A stretch of 64,000 nucleotides of DNA from an uncultured Pseudobdellovibrionaceae bacterium (GCA_963803705.1 CAWDNU010000001.1:32001-96000); one strand, 5' to 3'. Numbered from the stretch's first letter, positions 10,735 through 22,039 are shown. Program-made: numbers and translations. The notes: generated from the letters alone by a model not told the origin.

Positions 10735-13409
10735 CTAAATCTTAAGTTTTCGCTTTTTCTTTTCTTGTCGGCGACGCTGTTCACGATTTAAATTCTGATC
10801 TTGCGAGCCTTCGCTTTGATTAGTTTGGTAACCTTTATCTTGGCTAGGCTTCATCATACCCATAATCATTTGCTGGTCTGCAAATCCAGATGCTGCTTCA
10901 TCTGCACCTTTATAATCCAAATCCGAATCATCAAACTGTTCTTCCATTCTTCTAACTTGATTAGAGTCCATAACTTTTACTTTTAAAATCTTTTCAATAG
11001 TTTCAGAGCGAATCAAAGATAATATATTTTGAAAAGCGGTAAAAGCCTCTTTCTTATATTCAACTAGTGGATCTTTTTGAGCGTAAGCGCGTAGGTTGAT
11101 GCTTTCCTTTAATTTATCAACACTTTTCAAATGATCTTTCCAAAGCCCATCGATAGTTTGCAAATAAAACATTCTTAAAACTTGCGGGAAAACCTCGGGC
11201 CCTAGTTCCACTTTTTGCTTATCGTAAACCTCTTTGACTGAAGTGCTCACCAAGTTTGTTAACTCTTCGGGTGATGGTTCTTGAGTGAACCTGATTTCCA
11301 CCCCAAACTGTTTATTTAAAGCAGTCTCAAGACCCTTCAAATCCCAGTCTGCTGGCTTCGCATTTTCATTGACGTAAAAATCTAATAAATCAGAGGTAGT
11401 TTCCCCCAAAAGATCTAAAACTTGACGCTCTAAAGTTTCGATGTCGCCTTCAAGCACATCGCGCCTCAAACCATAAATTATTGTTCTTTGCTGATTCATT
11501 ACATCATCAAATTCTAAAAGATGTTTCCTGATATCAAAGTTGTGACCCTCTACTTTCCTTTGGGCTCCTTCAATTGATCGGTTAACCATGCGAGCTTCAA
11601 TGGGTTCATCCTCGGGAAAATTAAAACGTTCCATTATACGCTTCATAGTTTCACCGTTAAAGATCCTTAGTAAATCGTCATCCAAGCAGAGGTAGAATTT
11701 AGACTCTCCGGGATCACCCTGGCGACCAGCACGACCGCGAAGCTGATTGTCTACCCGCCGGGCCTCATGGCGTTCGGTTCCTATTATATACAGCCCACCA
11801 GCACTTATAACTTTTTTCTTCTCTTCCTCACACTGACCCTTATATTTCTGTAATGCTTTTTTGTAATCCTCAGAATCCTCATCTTCAAACTCTGACTTAG
11901 CCATAGCCTCGGCATTTCCACCTAAAACAATGTCTGTGCCACGCCCAGCCATGTTCGTGGCGATCGTAACTGCATGATGCCTTCCAGCTTGAGAAACAAT
12001 TTCAGCTTCTTTTTCATGATGTTTAGCATTCAAAACTTTATGTTTAATGTTTCTTTTATCGAGCATCTGAGAAATCAATTCTGATTTTTCGATGCTTACA
12101 GTACCAACTAAAATGGGCTGCCCAGATTCGGATTTTTCCAAAATGTCATTTGCAATCGCGTTGAATTTTGCCTTTTCGTTTTTGTAGATAACATCATTTT
12201 TATCTTCACGAGCAATAGGCCTATTGGTAGGTATAACCACCACATCTAAGTTATAGATTTTTTTAAACTCTACAGCTTCGGTTTCAGCTGTTCCAGTCAT
12301 TCCTGAAAGCTTATTGTACATCCTAAAATAATTTTGAAACGTGATAGTGGCTAAAGTTTGGTTTTCACTTTTGACGGTAACATTCTCTTTGGCTTCAACA
12401 GCTTGGTGTAAGCCATCACTCCATCTGCGGCCTTCCATAAGTCGTCCCGTGAACTCGTCGACGATAATGATCTCGTCATTAACCACCATGTAATCTACGT
12501 CTCGCTTGTACAGATAATACGCCTTAAGCCCTTGGTAGATATGGTGTAAGAGAGCAATAGTTTGAATGTCGTATACGTTTTCAACATTTAAAAGCTGTTC
12601 TACTTTGGTGTTACCCTCTTCTGTCAAAGAAACCGTTTTCGATTTTTCTTCCATGGTAAAATGTATATCTCTTTTCAAATGTGGAATGATCTTGTTAATC
12701 TCATAATATTTTTCGACTGAATCTTCAGATGGGCCTGAAATGATCAAAGGTGTCCGGGCTTCATCAATTAGAATAGAATCACATTCGTCTACGATGGCGT
12801 AATTCAAAGGTCTTTGCACGAAGTTCTCAGGATCGAATTTCATATTATCCCTAAGATAATCAAAGCCAAACTCGTTATTTGTTCCGTAAGTGATATCTGC
12901 GCCGTATGATTTTTTTCGTTCTTCATCAGACAAGTTATGGACAATAGTGCCTGTAGTTAGGCCCAACCAATTGTACAGTTCACCCATCCACTCGGCATCG
13001 CGACTTGCAAGGTAGTCATTAACTGTCACAACGTGTGCACCTTTTCCACTTAAACCGTTCAAATATATGGGTAAAGTTGCAACTAAAGTTTTTCCCTCAC
13101 CCGTTCTCATCTCAGCGATAGAACCTTTGTGCAAGATAATGCCGCCAATCATTTGAACATCGTAGTGCCTCATGCCAAGCACCCTGATACTAGCTTCGCG
13201 GCACACAGCAAATGCATCTACCATAATGTCATCCAGAGTAGCCCCTTGCTCTAGCTTCTCTCTAAAAATGACTGTCTGATACTTCAGATCCGCATCCGTC
13301 ATTTTTTTGAAATGCTTTCCCGGGCCGCAATCTGATCAACTGTGGGTTGAAGCTGTTTCATCAAACGATCGTGATGTGATCCAAAAATTTTAGTAAATAA
13401 TCCGCTCAT
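10735..13409 (-). CDS. secA: Preprotein translocase SecA (frameshift near 13310)
   Basis: MRTGEGKT, DECDSILIDEARTPLIISG, QLRGRAGRQGDPG; N-terminus MSGLFTKIFGSHHDR from ATG 13409 in another frame. Confidence 0.97.
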
Positions 13410-13538
13410 GGCGAAATCATAGCAAAAACAACATACTATTGCTACAAAAGGGTGAACTCACAGCGGCGTCACATCAACAAGCCAATTTAAGCTTAAAAGC
13501 CTTAACAATATTCAATTTTCGTGTTTTTCAACTAAATT

Positions 13539-14003
13539 TCAATAAAGCTTTTGCCTTAAAAACTCGTACCCGACGATTGCAACAGTATTAGCTATATTTA
13601 AGCTTCGGGTGGGACCCAGCATAGGCACCCTAATTTTGTGGTCAGGATAGGTCTCTAATATTTCATCTGGCAGGCCTTTTGTTTCTCTTCCAAAGATAAA
13701 GTAGTCGCCTTTTTGGAAATCAGGTTTAAAATATAACTGATCAGATTTGGTGGTCACTAAAAACTTTCTTCCCTCTGGCTCTGAATCTAAAAAATTATCC
13801 CAAGAATCGTGAAGACTTTTTTTTAAATGAGGCCAGTAATCTAGACCAGCCCGTTTCACGGATTTATCAGAAATATCAAATCCTAAAGGGCCAATCAGGT
13901 GCAACTTCGCCTGCATGGCCAAACACGTGCGGCCTATATTCCCAGTGTTATTAGGTATTTCTGGTTGCCATAAAACTACATGAAATAACGGTTCATAATC
14001 CAT
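13539..14003 (-). CDS. trmL: tRNA (cytidine/uridine-34-2'-O)-methyltransferase
   Basis: PEIPNNTGNIGRTC, RAGLDYW, FGRETKGLP, RSLNIAN. Confidence 0.93.
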   Translation of the reverse strand: MDYEPLFHVVLWQPEIPNNTGNIGRTCLAMQAKLHLIGPLGFDISDKSVKRAGLDYWPHLKKSLHDSWDNFLDSEPEGRKFLVTTKSDQLYFKPDFQKGDYFIFGRETKGLPDEILETYPDHKIRVPMLGPTRSLNIANTVAIVGYEFLRQKLY

Positions 14004-14145
14004 GGTTAGTTATTCCTTGCTATTGCGGTTTAACTTTTATTAATGATTACAGATGTTTTGCACTTCGAAACCTTTAATGTTAACAAAAATCTATAAATTT
14101 CAGTGGTAATGAACTTTTTTTAGATTCACTTAGGTTTACAATCTT

Positions 14146-14484
14146 ATGAAAAAAATAGAAGCCATAATTAAACCATTTAAGCTAGATGAAGTTATTGATG
14201 CTTTGTCTGAAATTAGCATTGAAGGGGTTTCCGTATCTGAAATCCGTGGTTTTGGGCATCAAAAATCTAATGCAGAGGTTTATGAAGGTTCAGAATATAT
14301 TGTAGATTTCTTACCCAAGGTAAAGCTTGAAATCATTGTTTCAAATCATATGAAATCAGCAGTTATTGAAGCCATTCAGACCGCGGCTAAAACTGGCAAA
14401 TCAGGCGACGGTAAAATTTTTGTTTTCGATGTGCTGGAAGCTGTGCGCATTAGAACTGGCGAGAAAAATGAAGAAGCTCTTTGA
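14146..14484 (+). CDS. glnB: PII nitrogen regulatory protein (divergent T-loop)
   Basis: MKKIEAIIKPFKL, EYIVDFLPKVK, GDGKIF, RIRTGE; 112 aa; upstream of glnA. Confidence 0.92.
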   Translation: MKKIEAIIKPFKLDEVIDALSEISIEGVSVSEIRGFGHQKSNAEVYEGSEYIVDFLPKVKLEIIVSNHMKSAVIEAIQTAAKTGKSGDGKIFVFDVLEAVRIRTGEKNEEAL

Positions 14485-14536
14485 TGATATTAATAAAGAA
14501 TTTTAGATAGTTTAAACTTAAATAAGGACAAAAAAT

Positions 14537-15952
14537 ATGACACCGAATGAGGTTTTGGTATTTTGTAAAAAAAATGAAGTAGAAATGGTCGATTTAAAAT
14601 TTGTGGACTTACCTGGTATTTGGCAGCATTTAACAGTGCCTATCCATCAACTGACTGAAGAGTCCTTCGAAGAGGGTTTTAACTTTGATGGCTCGTCCAT
14701 TAGAGGTTGGAAAAGCATCAACGAATCTGATATGAAAATGATTCCTGACCCTACAAGTGCACTGATTGACCCATTTATAGAAACACCCACTGTCTCGTTG
14801 ATCTGTGACATCGTAAACCCTGATACTTTTGAACCCTACAACAGAGATCCCAGACAAGTTTTGAAAAAAGCGTTAGCTTATTTAAAATCTACAGGTATCG
14901 CAGATGAAGCTTACTTTGGACCAGAGGCCGAATTTTTTATCTTTGATGACGTCAAGTACAACCAAAGCACTAACTCTGCATTTTATTCTGTAGATTCTGA
15001 TGAAGCTTCTTGGAACACCGGGCGCGACGAAGATGGTTCTAACTTGGGCTACAAAACTGCCATGAAGGGAGGATATTTCCCAGCGCTTCCATCTGATACG
15101 CTAACTGATATTAGAAATGATATTTGTTTACAGCTTGAAAAAAACGGCATCCAAGTCGAAAGACACCACCACGAAGTTGCGACTGCAGGTCAATGTGAAA
15201 TCAATTATAGATTTGATAGAATGTTGCAAATTGCTGATAAAACAATGTGGTTCAAATATGTGGTTAAAAATATTGCTCAGCGAAACATGAAAACAGTTAC
15301 ATTCATGCCAAAACCTTTATTCGGTGATAACGGCAGCGGGATGCACACTCATATTTCCCTTTGGAAAAATGACAAACCCCTTTTTGCCGGAGATAAATAT
15401 GCTGGTCTTTCTGAATTAGGCATGAATTTTATTGGTGGTATTTTAAAAAATGCGCGCTCAACATGTGCCTTCACAAATCCAACTACAAATTCTTATAAAA
15501 GGTTAGTACCAGGGTTTGAAGCTCCGGTTAAGCTTGCCTACAGCTATAAAAATAGATCTGCAGCAATTAGAATTCCTAACTCTGGCCCAGACCCAAAAGC
15601 AAAGCGGATTGAATTTCGCACCCCTGACCCAAGCGCAAATGTCTATCTGGCTTTTGCAGCATTGATTATGGCGGGTATTGATGGAGTAACTAACAAAATC
15701 GATCCAGGAAGACCTTTAGATAAAGACATTTATGGATTACCGCCAGAAGAATTAAAGAATATTCCCTCTGTTCCAGCCACTCTTGATGAAGCATTGAAAA
15801 GCTTAGAAGACGATTCTGAATTTTTAAGAAAAGGCGATGTTTTTGACCAGGACCTAATTGAATCGTGGATTGCTTATAAATGGGAAAAAGAGGTTCGACC
15901 TATGCAACAAAGACCCACACCTTTTGAATTTCAGCTTTACTACGACGTATAG
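14537..15952 (+). CDS. glnA: Glutamine synthetase type I
   Basis: [31 protein letters not shown]; adenylylation Tyr in DKDIY. Confidence 0.97.
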   Translation: MTPNEVLVFCKKNEVEMVDLKFVDLPGIWQHLTVPIHQLTEESFEEGFNFDGSSIRGWKSINESDMKMIPDPTSALIDPFIETPTVSLICDIVNPDTFEPYNRDPRQVLKKALAYLKSTGIADEAYFGPEAEFFIFDDVKYNQSTNSAFYSVDSDEASWNTGRDEDGSNLGYKTAMKGGYFPALPSDTLTDIRNDICLQLEKNGIQVERHHHEVATAGQCEINYRFDRMLQIADKTMWFKYVVKNIAQRNMKTVTFMPKPLFGDNGSGMHTHISLWKNDKPLFAGDKYAGLSELGMNFIGGILKNARSTCAFTNPTTNSYKRLVPGFEAPVKLAYSYKNRSAAIRIPNSGPDPKAKRIEFRTPDPSANVYLAFAALIMAGIDGVTNKIDPGRPLDKDIYGLPPEELKNIPSVPATLDEALKSLEDDSEFLRKGDVFDQDLIESWIAYKWEKEVRPMQQRPTPFEFQLYYDV

Positions 15953-16020
15953 AACTGTGAAAATAAGATTGTAAGGCCTCTAGGTGAAATTATGAAGATG
16001 GGGCCGATAAAGGAGAAACC

Positions 16021-16395
16021 ATGGAATTAGAAAATAAAATTATTACTTTTATGGACCACCTTTGGGTTAGCGTCGAAGACTCTATTATAACCGTTGGAAT
16101 TCTTGAAAGCGGCCTTGAAGATGCCACCGAGATCTATCATGCGGATCTCCCTGCAGAAAACTCTGAAATAGAAGGCGAAGAAATTTGTGGTGAAGTTCAC
16201 ACCGACGACGGACCAATAAATCTTTATTCGCCAGTAGCTGGTACGGTTTTGGAAATAAATTCTACTGTTATTGCAAATCCTAGAATGTTATTCGAAGATT
16301 CCGAGGACGACTGTTGGTTATTCAAAGTTGAAGCTGCTGAACAGGATCAACTGGAAAGATTCTTAGAAGAATCTTCCGAAAATGAACCGGACTAG
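16021..16395 (+). CDS. Glycine cleavage H-like protein lacking the lipoyl lysine
   Basis: HLWV, TVGI, LYSPVAGTVLEIN, WLFKVE; VHTDDG where GcvH has VESVKA. Confidence 0.75.
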   Translation: MELENKIITFMDHLWVSVEDSIITVGILESGLEDATEIYHADLPAENSEIEGEEICGEVHTDDGPINLYSPVAGTVLEINSTVIANPRMLFEDSEDDCWLFKVEAAEQDQLERFLEESSENEPD

Positions 16396-16404
16396 TAAAA
16401 TTGA

Positions 16405-16935
16405 TTAAAGGCTAGTGGCTGTGAAACTAACTTCTTCTGAAAAGTTGCCTACAGGATTCAAATAGTCGCCGTAAAATCCCGATACAGTCATGATTATTTT
16501 GTAATCTGCGCCAATAGGCGGAACTTCTCCACTATGGTAAGGTTGCAGACCACCGACGATAATAATTTGGTCAGCCATCTTCACCATTTCAAAAGCCTCA
16601 GCTTTAGCAAAAGTGACAGAATTATTGGACCTCAACAAACCGAACTTACCCAATTCAAATAAAGTGTTAGATGGTTTTGCCGTCAAGAAACTTGTACCCA
16701 TAGGACCATCTACAATCACTTGCATTTCAGTGATTGATAAGGGCTCGGCACTCTTTGAGTTATCAATGTGTAGCTTAAATGATGTGCTAGGTTTCGCCAC
16801 TACTATTGTGCCAGTTAAATCATCAATAATTCGATCTATATTTAGTACGACTGGATTACTAGGATTTATGGTGATTACTTTTGCATTTGTGATAGCGCAA
16901 ATTAAAATTAGGACAAGTGATAGTACTACTTTCAT
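16405..16935 (-). CDS. Hypothetical secreted protein
   Basis: Signal peptide; AGGAG RBS. Confidence 0.65.
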   Translation of the reverse strand: MKVVLSLVLILICAITNAKVITINPSNPVVLNIDRIIDDLTGTIVVAKPSTSFKLHIDNSKSAEPLSITEMQVIVDGPMGTSFLTAKPSNTLFELGKFGLLRSNNSVTFAKAEAFEMVKMADQIIIVGGLQPYHSGEVPPIGADYKIIMTVSGFYGDYLNPVGNFSEEVSFTATSL

Positions 16936-17079
16936 AAAAAGAGACTCCTGAAAAATTGTTCGTATTGCTATACCAACAGATTTTAAAAGGTACTGTCAAT
17001 TATTATGGTGCACAAAGTTAAGAACAGTCGTAGACTTAAAACCACGTTATCGAAAAAATTCGACGCTTGTTTTTGAGCT

Positions 17080-19713
17080 TTAGGAATTTAAAATCTGCTG
17101 GGCAACTTCAGATAAATTGTTAGAAATATTATTAGTTTCTAGAATACGCTCTAATTGGTTATTAATCATGTCTTTATTTTTATCTGAAACTGACGTTTTG
17201 ATTCTATAGGTTTTAGCCAAAGCCGCAGACACACTTCTATTGATTGAGTCCATGAATATAATCTCGTCAGCCATAACTTTATAGCCCTCACCAGAGTCGT
17301 GGTGAAACATGACGTAATTCCTAGCAAAAGATCCCCAAAGCGATCGAACATAGTTCGGGACCGAACTATTGTATTCTGGCAGGGCTTTTAAAATGGCCAA
17401 CTTGTCAAACAGAGTTGTAGTTTCGCCAAGAGTTTGAGTTCTAAACCATTTCTGTAAGACAAGATCTTCTTTTTTCCAAGACTGGTAGAACTCCTGATTG
17501 ACCTGTTTAGCACTATCTTCAAAAAAGCTATTGATAATATAAATACCATTAAATTGGTCAGTCATATTGTCTGCGTTTTCAAAGTGTTTAAAAACTAAGT
17601 CCTGATGATTACTTCCTAGTCTGGCTAAGTAGCCCAATGCCAAATTTTTTAATGCCCTAGATCCTACTTTTTTAGACGAAAATTCACCTTTTGTTTTATC
17701 TTCTAAGTTTTTGTACAAATCAAGAAACTGTACTTCGAAAGCTTGGGCTATCTGATTTAAAAATAAGTCTCTAGATTTTTTTGTTTTTATAAAATTTATA
17801 GTTTTCTGTTTTTGATGAAGCACTGACTCTGTAGGAGCAGTTAAAAGCAGTGACTTCATATGATCGTCCACGGCTTCATCATTAATAATTTCGCTGAGAG
17901 CTGAGATAATTTTTAAATCCAACTTAGCGTTTCCATCTTGAATAGAGTCTAAAATCCAATCTGAAACAATTTTTTGCCCTATTTCATATTTATTAAAATG
18001 ATCGTTATCATGTTTCAACAAAAGTAGATCGTGATCTAAGTTAGACTCTGTTTTTAGATTTACCGGTGCACTTAAAGATCTGTTTAAAGACAAAACCGGA
18101 GAACACACTACATCTTGAAAAGTCACTTTTCCAGAAAGCTCAGTTAGTGCAACTACATTCTGATCCCAATAAGACTGATCACTATCTTCAACTGTTGGTT
18201 TGAATTCCACACCTTCAGAATTTAAAAACCCAATTTTAATTGGAATAAGCAATGGATCTGAACCTGCTCCACCTTTCTGAATTTGTTTGTAATGAAGCTC
18301 GTAGGTCTTCATCGATTCATTGTACGAACCATTAAGTTCAACCACAGGAGTGCCCACTTGCGAGTACCAGTTTTTAAATAACTCTAAGTTGAAATGGGAA
18401 TTGGTAAGTTTCATGGCCTGAAGAAAGTCTTCTGTCGTCACAGCCTGGCCGTCAAAAAGCTCGAAATACTTCTTCATACCTTTTTGAAAACCATCTTCGC
18501 CAACCAAAGTGTGTATCATTCGAATAACTTCGGCACCTTTTTCATAGACTGTAGCCGTATAAAAATTATTTATTTGAGCGTAACTTTCCGGCCGAATAGG
18601 GTGTGCCATTGGTGAAGAGTCTTCAGGAAACTGTCCTTCTTTTAAAGCTTTTACATCTTGAATCCTTTGAACTGCTCTTGAATTTAAATCAGCCGAAAAT
18701 TCTTGGTCTCTAAAAACTGTTAATCCTTCTTTTAAAGTCAGCTGAAACCAATCGCGGCAGGTGACACGATTTCCTGTCCAGTTGTGAAAGTACTCGTGCC
18801 CGATAACACTTTCAATAGCCATATAGTCGCCATCAGTTGCCGTGGCCTGTTCGGCTAAAACCAGTGCAGAGTTAAAAATGTTTAGCCCTTTATTTTCCAT
18901 AGCTCCAGCATTGAATGATCCCACAGACACGATCATAAATTGATCGAGGTCGTATTCCAAATCAAACCGCTCTTCATCCCACTTCATTGCTTTTTTTAAA
19001 GACTGCATTGCAAAATCACAGCGAGTTTCTTGACCCGGGTCACAGTATATCGAAAGGTCTATCTTTCTATTTGATTTCGTTACAAATTCGCCTTTTACTA
19101 GACCTAAATTTCCGGCGACTAATGCAAATAAATAGGACGGTTTTGGAAATGGGTCCTGCCATTTTGACCAGTGCTTATTGTTTTCTAAATCACCAGAACC
19201 GACACAGTTGCCATTGGCTAATAAAACTGGGTAGTCTTCTTTGCTGCCTACCAACTTTACGTTAAAAGTAGCCATATTGTCAGGACGATCAATAAAGTAG
19301 GTAATTCTTCTGAATCCCTCGGGTTCGTTTTGTGTGCATAATATTGTGTCGCTAAGATACAAGCCTTCTAGAGCAAGATTCTTCTCAGGCGAAATGTGAC
19401 AGACTGTTTCTACAACAAATTTGGACTTGCCAGGATTCTTTAAAATCAACCCTTTTTCGTTGATAAAATAATTTGATTTTTCAAAATCTTTTCCGTCTAT
19501 TTTAATAGACTGAAGCATTAGATTTTCTCCATTTAGAAAAATGTCCTCTGCTGAATCGTAGGACTCAATTTTCAACTTAGCAGTTACAGTAGTTAATTTG
19601 GGATCTAATTCGAATTCAAGATCCACTTCAACGATTTTATAAGGCAAAGCCTTATAATCCTTTAAATAGGTTTTTTTAATAGAGATTTCAGATTCATTTT
19701 TTAGCATGATCAA
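17080..19713 (-). CDS. pepN: Aminopeptidase N (M1 family)
   Basis: GAMENKGL, HEYFHNWTGNRVTCRDWFQL, YEKGAEV. Confidence 0.96.
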   Translation of the reverse strand: MIMLKNESEISIKKTYLKDYKALPYKIVEVDLEFELDPKLTTVTAKLKIESYDSAEDIFLNGENLMLQSIKIDGKDFEKSNYFINEKGLILKNPGKSKFVVETVCHISPEKNLALEGLYLSDTILCTQNEPEGFRRITYFIDRPDNMATFNVKLVGSKEDYPVLLANGNCVGSGDLENNKHWSKWQDPFPKPSYLFALVAGNLGLVKGEFVTKSNRKIDLSIYCDPGQETRCDFAMQSLKKAMKWDEERFDLEYDLDQFMIVSVGSFNAGAMENKGLNIFNSALVLAEQATATDGDYMAIESVIGHEYFHNWTGNRVTCRDWFQLTLKEGLTVFRDQEFSADLNSRAVQRIQDVKALKEGQFPEDSSPMAHPIRPESYAQINNFYTATVYEKGAEVIRMIHTLVGEDGFQKGMKKYFELFDGQAVTTEDFLQAMKLTNSHFNLELFKNWYSQVGTPVVELNGSYNESMKTYELHYKQIQKGGAGSDPLLIPIKIGFLNSEGVEFKPTVEDSDQSYWDQNVVALTELSGKVTFQDVVCSPVLSLNRSLSAPVNLKTESNLDHDLLLLKHDNDHFNKYEIGQKIVSDWILDSIQDGNAKLDLKIISALSEIINDEAVDDHMKSLLLTAPTESVLHQKQKTINFIKTKKSRDLFLNQIAQAFEVQFLDLYKNLEDKTKGEFSSKKVGSRALKNLALGYLARLGSNHQDLVFKHFENADNMTDQFNGIYIINSFFEDSAKQVNQEFYQSWKKEDLVLQKWFRTQTLGETTTLFDKLAILKALPEYNSSVPNYVRSLWGSFARNYVMFHHDSGEGYKVMADEIIFMDSINRSVSAALAKTYRIKTSVSDKNKDMINNQLERILETNNISNNLSEVAQQILNS

Positions 19714-19908
19714 GTCCTGTAGTTACATGAGTAGATACTAGGGTTATGCTATTTAGTTTTTATAAACAAGAGAGTGCGCCAAATTAAAGCCGAGGCCCAA
19801 AGGACTAATGATTATAACTTTTCTGCATTGCGTAGGACAGCTTCAATTGAGGTCGGCCAGAAACCTATATTTTAGTTAACTCACCACCATAAGTGATTTT
19901 TGCAAAGC

Positions 19909-20490
19909 CTAAAATATTTCAGGTTCGGCGCATTTATATTTTAAAATCTCTCGGGTGCTTGAGGTGTTCTGTGCATCAACATTTGTGTTTAATTGTGAAA
20001 TCGCGTAGCTCGTGGTTTTCACACCTTTAGACACAGAGACAATTGTTTCGATTTTAGCAACCGATAAAATACGGTTAAAATCTTTTTCGCCGTCGATTAA
20101 TTGGGGATCAACTTTTGTGATCCAAACCATGTGGCTCTTTACCTCTAATCCTTCTTCTTGAGGTCTTAGCTCGAATTGAAATTGTCTTACTCTTTCTGTG
20201 ACTTCTTCCCCGTTAACTAATAGGTCAACTAATGGCCAACCCTCTTCTGGCTCACCTATAACTACAGTGATGAATTTTGAATGATCTAGCTCTGGGTTTA
20301 TATGTTCTTGCTTTTCTAACTCATTTTCATCCGATGAAAGAGTCGCTGACTCAAAATTTGGTGCTTCCAAAAAACAAGTAAAACTTGCCCAAGACTTAAA
20401 TTTTTTGCCACTATTAGAGTCACCAAAGGCCAAAGCGTTTTGCACCAAAACTGTAAATAAAATAGGAAATATAAATTTTGAACTGATCAT
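19909..20490 (-). CDS. Hypothetical secreted protein
   Basis: Signal peptide ending ALA; GGAGG RBS. Confidence 0.65.
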   Translation of the reverse strand: MISSKFIFPILFTVLVQNALAFGDSNSGKKFKSWASFTCFLEAPNFESATLSSDENELEKQEHINPELDHSKFITVVIGEPEEGWPLVDLLVNGEEVTERVRQFQFELRPQEEGLEVKSHMVWITKVDPQLIDGEKDFNRILSVAKIETIVSVSKGVKTTSYAISQLNTNVDAQNTSSTREILKYKCAEPEIF

Positions 20491-20594
20491 AAGATCGCCT
20501 CCCCCTCGGAGTCATAAGGTTAATTTAAAGGCAAAATATAGGCGAATTCTTAAATTGTAAACCTAAAAAAGCTTACACATTGAATATATTGAAC

Positions 20595-21614
20595 TTATAG
20601 ATCCACTTTGGTGGCTAACACTATCAGTTCCGTTCCCATTCTACTGGGTGCAGAAACTCTAGAACGCATCCAAAAATCGGTTCTGAAATAACTACCAATT
20701 CTTTGGCTAATTTCAGCTTCAGTTGCACCGTAAGGTGGTCCTTGCACTTTGGGCATAGTAAAAAATACACCCAATATCTGACCTTGATCGGTTAGAAGTC
20801 TCTCCCAAGTTTTAACCAGGTCAGATCTAAAGTTAGGATCGATTGCACAGTACAAGGTGTGATCAAAAACTAAATCGAACTGCTGAAAATATTGTGTTTC
20901 TAAATTCAGCAAATCTTGTTGGCACCATTTAAGATTTGAATTTTCGCCATACTGCTTCTTAGCAACCTGCAGGGCTTCTGAACTAAAATCAAAACCTATA
21001 GTTTTATGGCCTAAAGATGAAAAATAGTGGGCATCATGTCCAGATCCGCACCCTAAGACTGCAATTCTCATTTTAGGTAGTTTAAATTTTTGCAAAGCCC
21101 AAACTAGTGAAGGGGACGGCTTCCCTAAATCCCACGGAGTTTTTTGCTCTATATACTGCTCTGACCAAAATTTTGGTTGAGTAACCAAACTATTTTTTTT
21201 TAACCAAGCCGGAGTTAAATAATTGACATTACGAATGGTGATGCTGTCATCGGAAAACTCATCGCTCATATCAAAAAGCTGCTCTTGTGCCACGTCTGAA
21301 AGCATAGCGGGAACTTTGTCAAATGTGTAGATGATAAATTTATCTTCGTAGTTTAAAAAAGCCTCGCGCAGGTTTAACTTAAGAGGCAAATCATATTGGC
21401 CTTTGCAGTGTAGTATCTCACCCTCGACAGAATCAATGTGTGAGACAATATATACGAAATTGTACACCTCCACGATCTCGTCTTCTGCAGTGAGATAAAC
21501 GTTATTTTTCAATGTGATTGAACTAATAATTTTTTTAGTTAGATCATTGTCTTGAACTAAATTTCCTTCTACGTTTAGCAAGTCGCCTTTGGAATTTATC
21601 TTAAAGAAGTTCAT
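20595..21614 (-). CDS. TPMT-like SAM-dependent methyltransferase with N-terminal extension
   Basis: TPWDLGKPSP, VLGCGSGHDA, FDHTLYCAIDP, GPPYG. Confidence 0.85.
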   Translation of the reverse strand: MNFFKINSKGDLLNVEGNLVQDNDLTKKIISSITLKNNVYLTAEDEIVEVYNFVYIVSHIDSVEGEILHCKGQYDLPLKLNLREAFLNYEDKFIIYTFDKVPAMLSDVAQEQLFDMSDEFSDDSITIRNVNYLTPAWLKKNSLVTQPKFWSEQYIEQKTPWDLGKPSPSLVWALQKFKLPKMRIAVLGCGSGHDAHYFSSLGHKTIGFDFSSEALQVAKKQYGENSNLKWCQQDLLNLETQYFQQFDLVFDHTLYCAIDPNFRSDLVKTWERLLTDQGQILGVFFTMPKVQGPPYGATEAEISQRIGSYFRTDFWMRSRVSAPSRMGTELIVLATKVDL

Positions 21615-21622
21615 CTAAAATT

Positions 21623-22039
21623 CTAATTCTCTGATTTGGAAGATGTGAATTTTAAGCCTTCTTGAAACTCGATGGTCTCGCCTTCAATTCGAATTGAGTC
21701 AACGATCCAAACTTGTTCATTATTTGTTTCGTCAGCTTTTGTGAGTACAACACTACCATTTCTTACAATTTTATTCATTGAATCTGCTGTAATTTCGTCA
21801 AAACTTATCGAAAATTTAGCTTCAACTTTTGCCTCACTTAGCTCTTTAGTCCAAAATTTTCTAAAGACAATATTATTTACGTCGTTAGCCTGACCTTCCA
21901 TCACCTTGATAATTTGATCTTGAAGACCATTTTGAATTCCTACCATGGTTTGCTCTGTCACTCCGTAGTTTGAGGAGTAAAAAGCCGACCATGTCCACGC
22001 CATGAGCGCAAAAATAATTATAAGACCCAGTGTTTTCAT
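21623..22039 (-). CDS. Hypothetical membrane-anchored protein
   Basis: N-terminal hydrophobic helix; AAGGAG RBS. Confidence 0.65.
   Translation of the reverse strand: MKTLGLIIIFALMAWTWSAFYSSNYGVTEQTMVGIQNGLQDQIIKVMEGQANDVNNIVFRKFWTKELSEAKVEAKFSISFDEITADSMNKIVRNGSVVLTKADETNNEQVWIVDSIRIEGETIEFQEGLKFTSSKSEN

Noticed and set aside
16961..16976. Sigma54-like TTGGTAT upstream of the 16935 gene
   Set aside because: The -12 position reads CG rather than GC
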